From Octopus vulgaris (Eukaryota): 64,000 bases of DNA. A program made the translations under genes and the position numbers. The stretch is from assembly GCA_951406725.2 (NCBI GenBank), contig OX597832.1, positions 70,432,001 through 70,496,000 on the forward strand. Direction: 5' to 3'. Below, piece after piece: positions 45,580 to 59,210 of the stretch. Position 1 is the stretch's first letter. Every line of letters starts with the position of its first letter. The notes under the pieces are model-generated. The model saw only the letters and a list, made by a program, of their open reading frames with translations, did not search any database and was not told the DNA's origin.

Positions 45580-47428
45580 TTTTGGCACAAGGCCAGCAAT
45601 TTTGAGTGAGGGAATAAATCGGTTAAATCGACCACCATGTTTGCTACTTATTTTTATCAACTCCGAAAGAATAAAACTGAAGTAGACTTCGGCGTAAATT
45701 AAACTTAAAAGTTAAGTACCTCGGTGTAATTTAAACTTAGAACTTTACCATTTTGCTCGGTGTGCTAACGATTTTGCTAACTCGCTGGCCTATATTACCT
45801 GTCTTTCAATACCCTTTTGTTGTGATCCAAGAAAGTGAAATAAGCCTAAAAATTTCCAGATGACATTTGTTGAGATATATATTGAGATATATATTACTAT
45901 TAAATGAATACTTTGGTATTAGTCATTTCATTAGTATCTTAATATGGAATATTCAAAGCAGCATCTCTACCTTGTATATCAAATTATGATTCACACACAA
46001 ACAATAAAGCTTTAAAATTATTTTGGGAAATTAAGGCGTCGAAAAGATGCATCTTTTGCTTTCCCCACGCCCTAGTAACCGATACTTAATTTTGCGGCGC
46101 CCCCATGTGGTAGTTTTGCCCACTTTGAGAAACATAATTTTAAAGGGCCTCTTTGACTGCTAGGAGGGAGATAAGTATAATGAGACGAAAGACTGGAGAA
46201 TGGACACTGCGAAAATGTAGCAGATGATGGTGTCAAACTGAGCGATGCCGGGGCAGAATTTGAACTCAGAATACAACGAGTCAGGACAAGCAATGCAATA
46301 ATACTGTGTGACAATCTAAGAACAGTATCAATGCGCTACACTCAAACCGTATTTTACTTATCGCCTCTCTGAAGGCTGAATAAGAGACTTGAATTCGACA
46401 AGATTTGAACAGAGAAAGGAAGTCAGTTGCTCTAACGACTCAGCCATTTCAGCACTAACAAGTGATGTGTTGGCTTATAGTAATGTTACGATAATCTACC
46501 AAATATTACTATAGCTTCTATTAAACTTGGCGAAAGGGCGAGCTGGCAGAAACGTTAGTACGCCGGTCGAAATGCCTAGCGGTATTACGTCTGTCTTCAC
46601 GTTCTGAGTTCAAATTTCGCCGAGGTTGACTTTGCCTTTCATCCTTTCGGGTTCAATAAATTGAATACCAGTTGCGTACTAGTATATAATCAATTGAAGC
46701 CCTCCCCCAAAATTTCGGGCATTGTACCTAGAGTAGAAAAAAAACCTTTAGCATGGCGGGCAAAGTGCTTAGCAGCATTTCGTCCGTCTTCATGTTCTGA
46801 GTTCAAATTCCGCTAGGGTCAACTTTGCCTTCATCATTTTGGGGTCGAAAAAATAAGTACTAGTTGAGTAATAAGGTTGATTTTAGATATTAACCAAGAG
46901 AACCAAGGGCTATATGGAATATATACGGAGAATGTATATCAATACACAGACATTTCATTTATTGTACATACCCTACTCATAAGAATGGGCCCCTGAGTGG
47001 ACATTTGATTTGCTAACAAATCATGATTCCCAGTTGTGATCCTCAGATCTCCTGTTTCCTCCTCCATCAACTAAATGAGACCTTTAAGTGGCTGAATGAC
47101 ATGCTAGAAATACTAGCCAAAGCAATTTTAAGTGAAGCTCTACTGTCAGTAAACACGTTAACAACAAGCGGTAAATTTGCTTCCGACACCGAGTCGCAAG
47201 TGAGTCTAATATTAATTTCAAATTTTGACACAGAGTGAGCAAGTTCGGGGAAGGGTGAAAGTCGATTATATCGACATCCAACTATCAATTGGTACTTATT
47301 ATATCGAGCTCGAAAGAATGAAAGGTAAAGTTGACCTCGGTGGAATTTGAACGCAGAGCGTAAAAGCGTACGAATTGCCGTTAAGCATTTTGCACGATGT
47401 GCTAACAATTCTGCCAACTCACTGCCTT
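45580..47428. mobile_element. Cluster of SINE family B copies: 45580-45790 (-), 46536-46740 (+), ~46750-46880 (+), 47245-47428 (-)
   Basis: Shared core GTTCTGAGTTCAAATTCCGCCGAGGTC.ACTTTGCCTTTCATCCTTTCGGGGTCGA..AAATAAGTACCA in either orientation. Confidence 0.8.
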
Positions 47429-47914
47429 CAGGAAAGATAATATTGATAAATGAAAGCAATTCTAAATTTATGTATCGTTAATAAATAGAAAAGAGGGCAG
47501 CTGAGGACACATTGTTTTGCCTCAATAAGCATGATCACGTCCTACCTTTAATCAAGCCTGACACATGATGTGAGAATATATAAAAAGAGTAGGAGGCGTT
47601 AATTGTCTTGGCTACTTTGCATAATCAAAATGAAACTAAACTAAGAGAAAATTATTCAGTGACCACTAGCAAGAATTTCAGGAGATAACATAGAAGGTTA
47701 TTTTTAGGACATCTAAGATGAAGTCTTGATTCAATGAAACTCTCTTCGTTTTTAGAGGAGATAAAAGAACCAGCGGACCACGACGATTGTAAAAGACTCC
47801 AAACGAGAAACGGAGATAATCCCAATGTAAAAAGTAAAAGCTCCTTCCCGAGCCATATAGACTGATAGGGACGGTTTCCGTGACGTATTCATATTCTCCA
47901 CCAGTATAATAAAA

Positions 47915-48264
47915 CACAAATTCACACAGCTAAAGTTGTTACTGAATGGTACGAGGAACCTTATAGTGAAGTTGAACATCGTATCTGGTCACCACAGTCC
48001 CAGATCTCAATATTATGGAACATTTATGGTGCATTTTAGAAAAGCAAGTAAGGAGTCGATATCCTTCACTATTATCACTACAAGAACTGGAGACTGTTTT
48101 AGCTGAATAATGGACAAAAATTCCTTTGGAAACAATTCAAACTTTATAGGAGTCCATACCTCGTAGAATTCAAGCTGTAATTACTGCCAAAGGCGGTCCT
48201 ACCCAATATTAAAATAAATTTGTTTGAAATATTAAGGTGTTTCCTTTATTTTGTCCAACTCCTG
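47915..48264 (+). mobile_element. Tc1-like transposon 3' fragment
   Basis: WSPQS/PDLNIMEHLW...ESIPRRIQAVITAKGGPTQY* with stops, then a TIR-like end ATTTTGTCCAACTCCTG. Confidence 0.8.
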
Positions 48265-48272
48265 TGTGTATA

Positions 48273-48355
<83 letters not shown>

Positions 48356-49859
48356 AGAGAGAGAGAGAGATGCTTGTAATTAGTGAGGGGAAAATATTTT
48401 AAAATTCCCATAGAACAAAGCTGACGTAGTTCTGTCTAATTATGAGGAAAGCACTAATTTCTCTCTCAGTTGCCGAAGCAGTTATATGAGGATCGCTAAA
48501 CAAGACTTTTTACTGGCAGTTGGGAGAAAATAGAGAATTGTTTAGAGTTCAATCACGTAGAGAGACTATTAAAGAATTTAGAGAAAAATGACGACCGATT
48601 GATTTAATGTGTGGACTACTAAAACAAACAAAAAAATACTCTCTACAAATAATTGCAGAGAGGAAAAAACAATTAATATTAATGCGTTACTAATCATATA
48701 TTACAATGATATTAAGAAAAGGGCAGACAACTAGAGAGAAATTCCGGTCGCATGATAACTTAGCAGCGTCGAGGATGAGAATGAAATACTTTTTTTAAAA
48801 GCATTCTCAATGAATCAACATTAATTCAATATCTGATAATTTTAACAGAGATATTAAAAAAGTTGAGCAGCTTAAAGTATAATACATATCTGTATGAAAA
48901 AGAAAAACTTCACGAATTTGCGTTTTTGCTGCAGCAAAGACAGACTCTGACTATTTCATAGCAACTAAATAAAGAGTTACAAGAAAAAATGAATAATGAA
49001 TTAAATGTTTAGATAAATTTCATTTGTGTTGAATATTAAATTATTTGAGATTATCAAACATTTTGCTTTTCAGAAATATATTTTCAGTTAGCCTGTTTGG
49101 TCTCCATATTGGAATGGCTTGGTCAATTTTGGTTGGACACCAACAAGATATATTTTTGCAGGACTTGGCTATGATGTCTTTGACGTTACCAGTTTGATAG
49201 TTTCCAGAGTGTTAGGATGGTTTACCAAAACAGGGCATAATACTTGACAGTAAGAAATGCAGCCAACTCTACCGTTAGAATGATTTTTCACACACAGATA
49301 TTTTTCCATGAGCGGATGGCCATTTCTGATCACACAAGTCTACGTAGAGGAGGGAACCGCTTCTGCTGGGATATGAACGATGCCATCTTATTACCGGTAA
49401 CAACTCCAGGAGTCCACACCTGAACAGAACACTTCAAAATCGTAAAACACCTTCCAACGCCTCAGTGCTTCAACAGATGACAGAAGTAAATTGTAAAATG
49501 CCTTCTAACATCGCATCAAATGTTGTCTTGTCAAAGGAACTCTATCCAATTCTTTATTTCTTTCGTACAGCTTAAAATTAATAGAAAAGATTTTAAACTG
49601 GTGTTCACTGTTTTCTGATAATATTTCTTCTATTCCTGTCCTCATAAACTCCACTTAATAACTTTACATTGTTTACTGTTGATTCCCGTTTTTTTAACAC
49701 ATTCCACAGTCTCCCAGAATTAACAATATATTTCAGTGAACTCGGACAATTTTTTTTTTAAATTTCGGTTTCATTTATGTTTGACATATGTTAAAAGTGT
49801 ATAAAATTATAATTTTGTTTATAATTCTAGAATTTATATAATTTTTCTTATAGTTTTAT

Positions 49860-50225
49860 TTTCATTCCTGTTGGATTTTGCTTATTTGTCCACGACAGCT
49901 TTTTTCAATTTGGAAGCAATCATTTCGTCTACCTCCATCTCGAAGATGAAGCAATAGTTCAATGAACTGAAAGAACGCGTTCTGGTAGCAGTGCAGGAAA
50001 TAACTCCTGAACGACTTCAAAAATGGGAAGAATAGATTTGAAATTTGCAGGGATTCGGACGGAGTACATATTAAAAATCTTCAACAAACTTTTTACGTGA
50101 GATATATAATTCTATTTGTTTTGGAACCATAATTATGTAATAAACATAAAATTCTGTCCGTTTTTTTTTTCCTTTTTTTGGCTTAATTTCATTGAAATAC
50201 ATAGTCAATTGAGGGACACCCAGTA
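49860..50225 (+). mobile_element. Very degenerate Tc1/mariner-superfamily 3' fragment
   Basis: NELKERVLVAVQEITPERLQ...RFEICRDSDGVHIKNL and an end GGGACACCCAG|TA. Confidence 0.45.
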
Positions 50226-50743
50226 TTAAGTCGTCATAGTTTAACACTAAAAGCTATACACTATAGAGACATATTCGTTGTTTATTGTTGTTTGATTTTC
50301 TTGTTTTGTTTTCACACAATTTCCCACTACATAGAATTATCCAGTGTATGCTATTATAAAGAAATATGTGTTCTGGTCCCATCTGGAATGAAAAGCGATT
50401 ATATGTGTATCTTGTCGTATCAGTCGTAACCTGGGGCTAACAACAATATCAAGAACTCTTTTAATTAATTGATTGAATATTTGTTTGCTTTAGCGAACGA
50501 GTGAACGTCTTCCCACGCAACTGGCATTAGAAGCCTCTTGAGTTCGCTGCCAAATCACTGTCCTGGAGACGGCACCATTTTGTTGCAAGTAACGGAGAAA
50601 ATGACGACGAGTGTAGAGAAGATTACGATGTTGATGGTGGTGATGATGATGATTGTTACAGGGATTACTGTGACAATGACGGTTGTGAAAATTTGTGTGT
50701 GTGTATAAATATATATATATATATATATATATTTGTGAAAATT

Positions 50744-50785
<42 letters not shown>

Positions 50786-50930
50786 ATATATATATGTATA
50801 TATATGTATATATATATGTGTGTGTATGTGTGTGTTTGTGTGTATACATATATATGCACACACACACACATATATATACATATATATTTATATATGAGAA
50901 GAAAACAGATGAGCATTATATATATATATA

Positions 50931-51267
50931 TATAATCAAAATAAGCAACAAGGGTATCCGAGGTAGAGTAGTACAATTGTTTCATGCTAATGATAAAATC
51001 TGCAGACGGAGAGTGAACATACTACTATCATGTTATTAAAAATGAAATTAACCTCTCTGTCTATATATCTACCCTCTTTATGATGTTGGCAAATGAAATA
51101 GGGATAACAATATGCATTGTCCGTTTAATTGGAAAATTCTATATGTGGTAGAAGATTGCTCGACATTTTAAAACTGATGTAATACTTACAGTGTTTAATA
51201 AAATGAAGTAGCATGAAACCATTGTACTACTCTACCTTGGATATCTTTGTTGCTTATTTTTATTATA
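50931..51267. mobile_element. Inverted-repeat element of the hammerhead-bearing family (arms 50931-50989 and 51209-51267), degenerate core
   Basis: The arms are reverse complements. The + strand has CTGATGT (51174)...GCAT-GAAA-CCATTG-TA, while the left arm retains CAATTG. The terminus is shared with the 21130 and 37560 elements. Confidence 0.7.
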
Positions 51268-51364
51268 ATCACCCCATTTGATTTATATGGATAAATTCAT
51301 ACAAAATTCTGGTGCCTTTAACTTAAGTACCATATTCATCTGAATCAAAATTTATATATATATA

Positions 51365-51414
<50 letters not shown>

Positions 51415-51419
<5 letters not shown>

Positions 51420-51474
51420 GTTAGGATTCCTGGCTTTCACCCAGGCGGCCCGGGTTCGATTCCCGGCATGGGAA
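51415..51474 (+). tRNA. tRNA-Glu(TTC) pseudogene lacking the first ~12 nt
   Basis: TAGTGGTTAGGATT-CCTGG-CT-TTC-AC-CCAGG-CGGC-CCGGG-TTCGATT-CCCGG-CATGGGA-A, with the anticodon at 51436-51438. The 5' acceptor strand is replaced by (TA)n, there is no CCA, and trailer CGCC plus T8 follows. Confidence 0.9.
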
Positions 51475-51560
51475 CGCCTTTTTTTTAACGGCGGTGCATC
51501 GGCATGGCCGCAGCTCTGAGCTGAAACTATAAAAAAAAAAAATATATATATATATATATA

Positions 51561-54455
51561 TCTTTATATATATAAAACTGAGAATGTGTGCCTGTCTGTC
51601 TGTCTGTGTGTTTCCCTAAAACTTGAGAACTACACAACCAATTTCATTCAAATTTTACACAGCCTTACTTAAGGTCCGGGGAGTGTCATCATTTTAACTT
51701 TTTTCCTAGGGCGACCCCACAGCAATATCATATCTTCTCCACTATTTCTGTATTACGTGTTAAAAGTGAAACAAAAACATCTCTCTATTGTAATGCAGAC
51801 ACTTTCACTTTAATACTGAAACTATTAAAGTGAAAGTATTATATAACAGGGATGAACAGTGGTCATCAATTTTGCTAGAAGAAGATCCGCTATGGTTTTA
51901 TATGCTACACCACTGGTTTTCAATTCATATTAATCAAATTAATATTCAATTTTTCACCCTTATTATGTGTGTGTGAATGTGTATTAGCAATTCGTATAAA
52001 ATTGCATCAATGACTTCAACTTGAATAAGTGGTTTCACATAAATGGGGATAATTTAAATAGGTTTGTTATTATTATTACTGTTTGACTACTGTAATCACG
52101 TTTGTTGGTTCCTCGTAAGGGAAACGTTGTTGTGTTGCATTTGTTAAATAATTGTAAACCTTAACCTTCCCCTTTCGGAGAAGGGGCTTTGGTTATTGTT
52201 TAAAAACTGAACTGTGTCCCTGTTTGGGGAAATTGACAATATTTTCACCGTCTTTACGGAAGCATTTTTGTTAAAATGCCTTCGATAGAAGAAAGTCCAA
52301 AAATGAATTTCGCTGCAGCCGTACACTTCTATACAAGAGGGAGTACAAGATCCAATTGATCGAAATTGCAAGAGACGGGCCTACAATTCCAGTCTGTCAT
52401 ATATTTTGAGTATTGTTATCACTAGCGATATCAAGATATAACTTTGTATTTTGTATTTTATGTGTAGATGTATATATATAGATGTACATGTAATATGTAT
52501 ATATATACACATATATACATGCATAATATATCTACCCATACACACATACGCACACATACACACACACACATACATAGGGGCAGGTGTGGTTGTGTGGTAA
52601 CAAACTACGTTCCAAACACATGGTCCTAGGTTCAGTCCCACTGTGTGGTGACTTGGCATGTGTCTTCTGCTGTAGCCTCAGACCAACAAAAGCCTTCTCA
52701 GTGGATTTTGTACATGTATACAGACATACATACATATATATATATATATGCATACGTACACATTCGGCATAAACACTCTACCACTACAAGTAATAACTGT
52801 TGGGAACACTTTCAAACATGCCTTACATTCGAACCGGAATCTCAAAAACATTGTCCCCTTACATCTCATTCTCATTTCATTCCCAACACAGGGAAATAAA
52901 ACTTACTTCTCACTACGGGACAATGGATGATGGTAACATATATTTACTACAGAACTATTCTTAACAGTGTACGCCAACGCGAGGGACGAATCTTCCTCCT
53001 CGATGCTCCTGGTGGGACAGGAAAAACATTTATTACAAAGCTTCTCCTTGCAGAAGTTACGTAGCATCAGGACGTTGCAGTAGCTGTAGCCTCCTCTGGC
53101 ATTGCAGCTACTTTGTTAACCGGTGGCAGGACAGCACACTCAACTTTTAAACTCCCTCTCAATTTAGCAGCATCCGAAATGCCTTCATGCAACAGCAACA
53201 AAAGCTCAGATCAGGGACAAGTACTTAAAATGTGTCACCTAGTTGTCTGGAATGAGTGCACTATGGCTCACAAGGGAGCTTTGGAAGCATTAGATAGGGC
53301 CCTGAAAGACATCCGAGACTGTCAAGCTCCAATGGGAGGTATAACGCTTCTGTTGTCAGGTGATTTCAGGCAAACTCTTCTTGTCATTTCGAAAGGCACT
53401 AGAGCAGATGAAGTCCAAGCATACCTAAAGTCCTCTACCCTGTGGCATTATGTTACAATCATCAGTCTCACCACTAACATGTGAGCTCAGCTACACGGCG
53501 ACAAAATGTCCACAAAGTTTGCACAGGACATTTTGACACTTGGTGAAGACAAGATGCCTCTCGATGCTGCCGGACAAATGGAAGTGTGGTCATTTTCCTC
53601 TGTTGTTAATTCTGTAGATGACCTCAAAAACAAAGTCTTTCCCAACTTAACACAAAACTACCAAAATCACAATTGGCTGTGTGAAAGAGCAATATTAGCT
53701 CCAAAAAACGTCGCTGTTAACAAAATTAATCAACAGCTAATGCATTCTCTTCCCGGCACTATACACACTTACAAGTCTGTTGATACAATTCCAGATATAA
53801 ATGAAGTTGTGAACTATCCTCCTGAATTTCTCAATTCACTGGAGCCTCCTGGACTACCTCCACATATATTACCACTTAAAGTTGGAACTCCTGTAATCTG
53901 GAACCACCAAGACTTTGCAATGGAACACGACTGGTGATAAAGAAAATGATGTCACACGTTATCGAGGCGATCATTCTTTCTGGATGTGGAAAAGGTGATG
54001 ACGTCTTTATTCCAAGATTTCCTCTTACTCCATCAGGGGAAGAAATTCCATTACATTCAGAAGACTGCAATACCCCCTTCGTGTCAGCTTTGCCATGTCC
54101 ATTAATAAATCTCAGGGTCAAACCCTCTCTGTAGCTGGTCGGTCTTCTCTTGGAAGAGCCCTGCTTCTCGCATGGGCAACTGTATTTTGGCTGCTCAAGA
54201 GTAGGAACCAAAAGAAACCTTTTTGTATATGCTCCACAAGGAAAAGCAAGGAACATTGTTTACAGCGACGTGTTATAATCTCAACAGCCAGGAGGTATAT
54301 ACGTGATCCCCTTTTTTTTAACAAACTTCATGTACTTTCATGTATTTATATTAATATATATGTGTGTGTGTGTGTGTGTGTATCCATATATATATAACAG
54401 AAAAATCTAATTCTACAATTGAATGTAACCTGACAACGCCGGGTATCTCTGCTAG
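51561..54455 (+). mobile_element. Internally deleted Helitron
   Basis: 5' end A|TCTTTATATATATAAAA. 3' hairpin ACCTGAC-AAC-GCCGGGT and then CTAG|T. It encloses a PIF1 helicase remnant and a SINE-A 5' fragment (52577-52710). No Rep/HUH region was seen. Confidence 0.85.
52945..54275 (+). pseudogene. Helitron PIF1-family helicase remnant
   Basis: FLLDAPGGTGKTF, ASSGIAATLL.GGRTAHSTFKLP, SGDFRQTL, RAILAPKN, PEFLNSL...GLPPH.L.LKVG.P, MSINKSQGQTL, FSHGQLY; multiple stops and frameshifts. Confidence 0.92.
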
Positions 54456-55324
54456 TATCTATCTATATATATATATGTATGCATGCACGTATGTATGTTT
54501 GCATGTATGTAAATATATATGCTGAAAAACAGATAAACATCGCCATATATATAGTAATATTTATCTGTTTTCCATCACATATTGATATGTATACACGCAT
54601 TGATATGTATTGATATATATACACGCATTGATATGTATTCTCAAATAACCATGAAATGTTACTAATAGCCAGGTTTACTATCTCACGGAGACGTGTGTGT
54701 GCGCGCGCGCACGCACGCGTGTGTGGTGGGGGTGTGGAGGTAGGATTTATGCTCTCTTTCCATGAGGCTATTAGAATATCATTAATTGTCTCCATTATTG
54801 TATTGACTGAACTAGTTTTAATAGTGTCATACGCATATCGTCTGCTTTTATTGAATTTAGATCAATGGCGTTCTCGTTTCTTGGTTGGTGACAAATCACT
54901 GTCATTCGAGTTACTGAGTTCAGCAAAATATATTTATTGGCTTACATTGACTGCTATTCTTGGCGACAAAACCTCTGTTGTCTATTTTATCGAGATGAAA
55001 AGAATGGTTGCTTTCATTATTATTAGTTTTAGATTTTTCCATCCACCTTGATATATTTTTATTGTGACACACTACTATGTAGTGTGCATTATTGAGGTTT
55101 ACAACACTCATCCAGGAAATTGTTATCTGATGGACAAAGGGAACTTTGTACTTTGATAATAAAGTAACAAAGATAAAAGAGGAATTAAATGTTCGACCTG
55201 TTGGAGGATGAGCCGAGTGACATCAAGGTGAATAGAAGCTAACGACAGATTGATTGTCTGTAAAAGATGTCACATAGCGAGGCATGTATGTTGTTGTTGT
55301 TATTGTTGCTGTTGTTGTTGATAT

Positions 55325-55535
55325 GGCAGTGAGCTAGTAGAAACGTTACTGCGCTTCAAACAATATTTAACCGCATTTCTTCCGACATAACATTCTTGGT
55401 TCAAATGCCGCTGGGGTGGATTTTACTTTTCATCACTTCGGAGTCGGTAAAATAAGTACCAGTTGAAAACTGGGGTCGATGGAATTAACTTATCACTTTC
55501 ATGAAATTACTGGCCTTCAACCAAAATTTTAAACC
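55325..55535 (+). mobile_element. SINE family B, diverged copy
   Basis: Collinear with 46536-46740; ends in (TTA)n. Confidence 0.7.
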
Positions 55536-55603
<68 letters not shown>

Positions 55604-55940
55604 TGCCGCCATACTGAAAATCATGGAAACCTGCAGCTCCGTGTCATGAGTGTGTTATCAATTCTTTCGGTTTGGTAAGACCCCGTTCATTCATTTCAAT
55701 TGGTACAGCCCTGTTTATGTCATTGCCTGAATTGCGTTGGTAGTATTCCTGCTTAGAATCACACCCTGTTTTGCAGAGGGGGCACAATAGAATGGACAAA
55801 AGCTGCAACGGAATAGATTTTGACAATTTGAAGAACTGATAAAGACATCAACAACAAGAACAAAAATCATGAAGCGGTGCAATAATAATAATAGTAACAA
55901 CAACAACGACAGCAACATTAACAACATTAGAAACAAAGAC

Positions 55941-56065
<125 letters not shown>

Positions 56066-56211
56066 GAAGAAGAAGAAGAAGAAGAAGAAGAAGAAGAAGA
56101 AGAAAAAAAAAAAAAAAGGTGAATTACAGCATGAACTTCCAACTTGTCTCTTTAGGTCTCTGGGTGAGACTTGGAGCCAACTTGTACAAATGTAAAGCAA
56201 AAGTCAAACAA

Positions 56212-58177
<1,966 letters not shown>

Positions 58178-58197
58178 AAATATAATAATAATAATAA

Positions 58198-58284
<87 letters not shown>

Positions 58285-58492
58285 CAACAACAACAACAGC
58301 AACACCAACTGCAACAGCATAGCAACAGCAACAGCAACAACAACAACAACAACAACAGCAACAACAGCAGCTTAGCAACAGCAACAGCAACAACAACAAT
58401 AGCAACACCAGAAACAGCAACAACAGCAACAACAATAACAATAACAATAACATCATCATCATCCTCATCCTCATCATCATCATCATCAACAT

Positions 58493-58563
<71 letters not shown>

Positions 58564-58583
58564 TAATAATAATAATAATAATG

Positions 58584-58617
<34 letters not shown>

Positions 58618-58619
<2 letters not shown>

Positions 58620-59174
58620 GCCCTGATGCAGTACCAGGCAGTGGCTCTCATGGCTTCTGATCTTAACTAATTGGAAGTGTTATCATGTACATTGTTTTGT
58701 CTTGGTATAAAAGAAGGGCTTACAGCAAATATTCTGCTCAATACCACAGATTTGCTTGTCAGTTGTTTGACCTTAACCAGTTGAGCATGTCCCTTAGTGG
58801 CTGATGATATGTGCATCTCTGATCACGAGCAGAAGTAGTGGGGGAGCATCATAGCCATGTGTTGAGAGGGATTCTTTGGGGTTTGAATAATTCACCTCTG
58901 GAAACATGGGTGGTTCTTTCAACATCCTTAAACAACCCTTATTCAGGGACCGTTTGAGCGGGATGGGCTATTCAACCAAAAGAAAATTCTAACTGAGCCC
59001 CACCTGCAAGGTCATGTGCTGTTTATCTTGATATGAGATCACCATGTCGCGCACATATGGTTGTGATACATGTGCCTGGTGTACCTTTATCAGACGGGTA
59101 GTCATGATGGGTATATTGGGCTTCGTATATTTTACCCCAGTGTCACTTTGATGGCATGCACTGCTCTCTCACTC
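58618..59174 (+). mobile_element. 557-bp non-coding repeat in (TAA)n, probably a non-autonomous Dong-type element
   Basis: It is flanked by (AAT)n. The same 5' start recurs at 63935-64000, and a diverged 3' part at 61850-61908 plus 62078-62128 is split by a SINE-B (~61909-62075). Confidence 0.7.

Positions 59175-59210
<36 letters not shown>

Noticed and set aside
48430-48980. Faint resemblance to a hAT/Charlie transposase; also hAT-like end motifs at 45390-45510 and 46090-46140
   Set aside because: Too degenerate to read convincing motifs or paired TIRs by eye.
50494-50588. Putative exon with a pyrimidine-AG acceptor and a GTAAC donor
   Set aside because: It has stops in all three plus-strand frames and no recognisable peptide.
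55600-55870. Unique-looking island with a 60-aa minus-strand ORF
   Set aside because: No recognisable domain, repeat partner or reliable splice pair.
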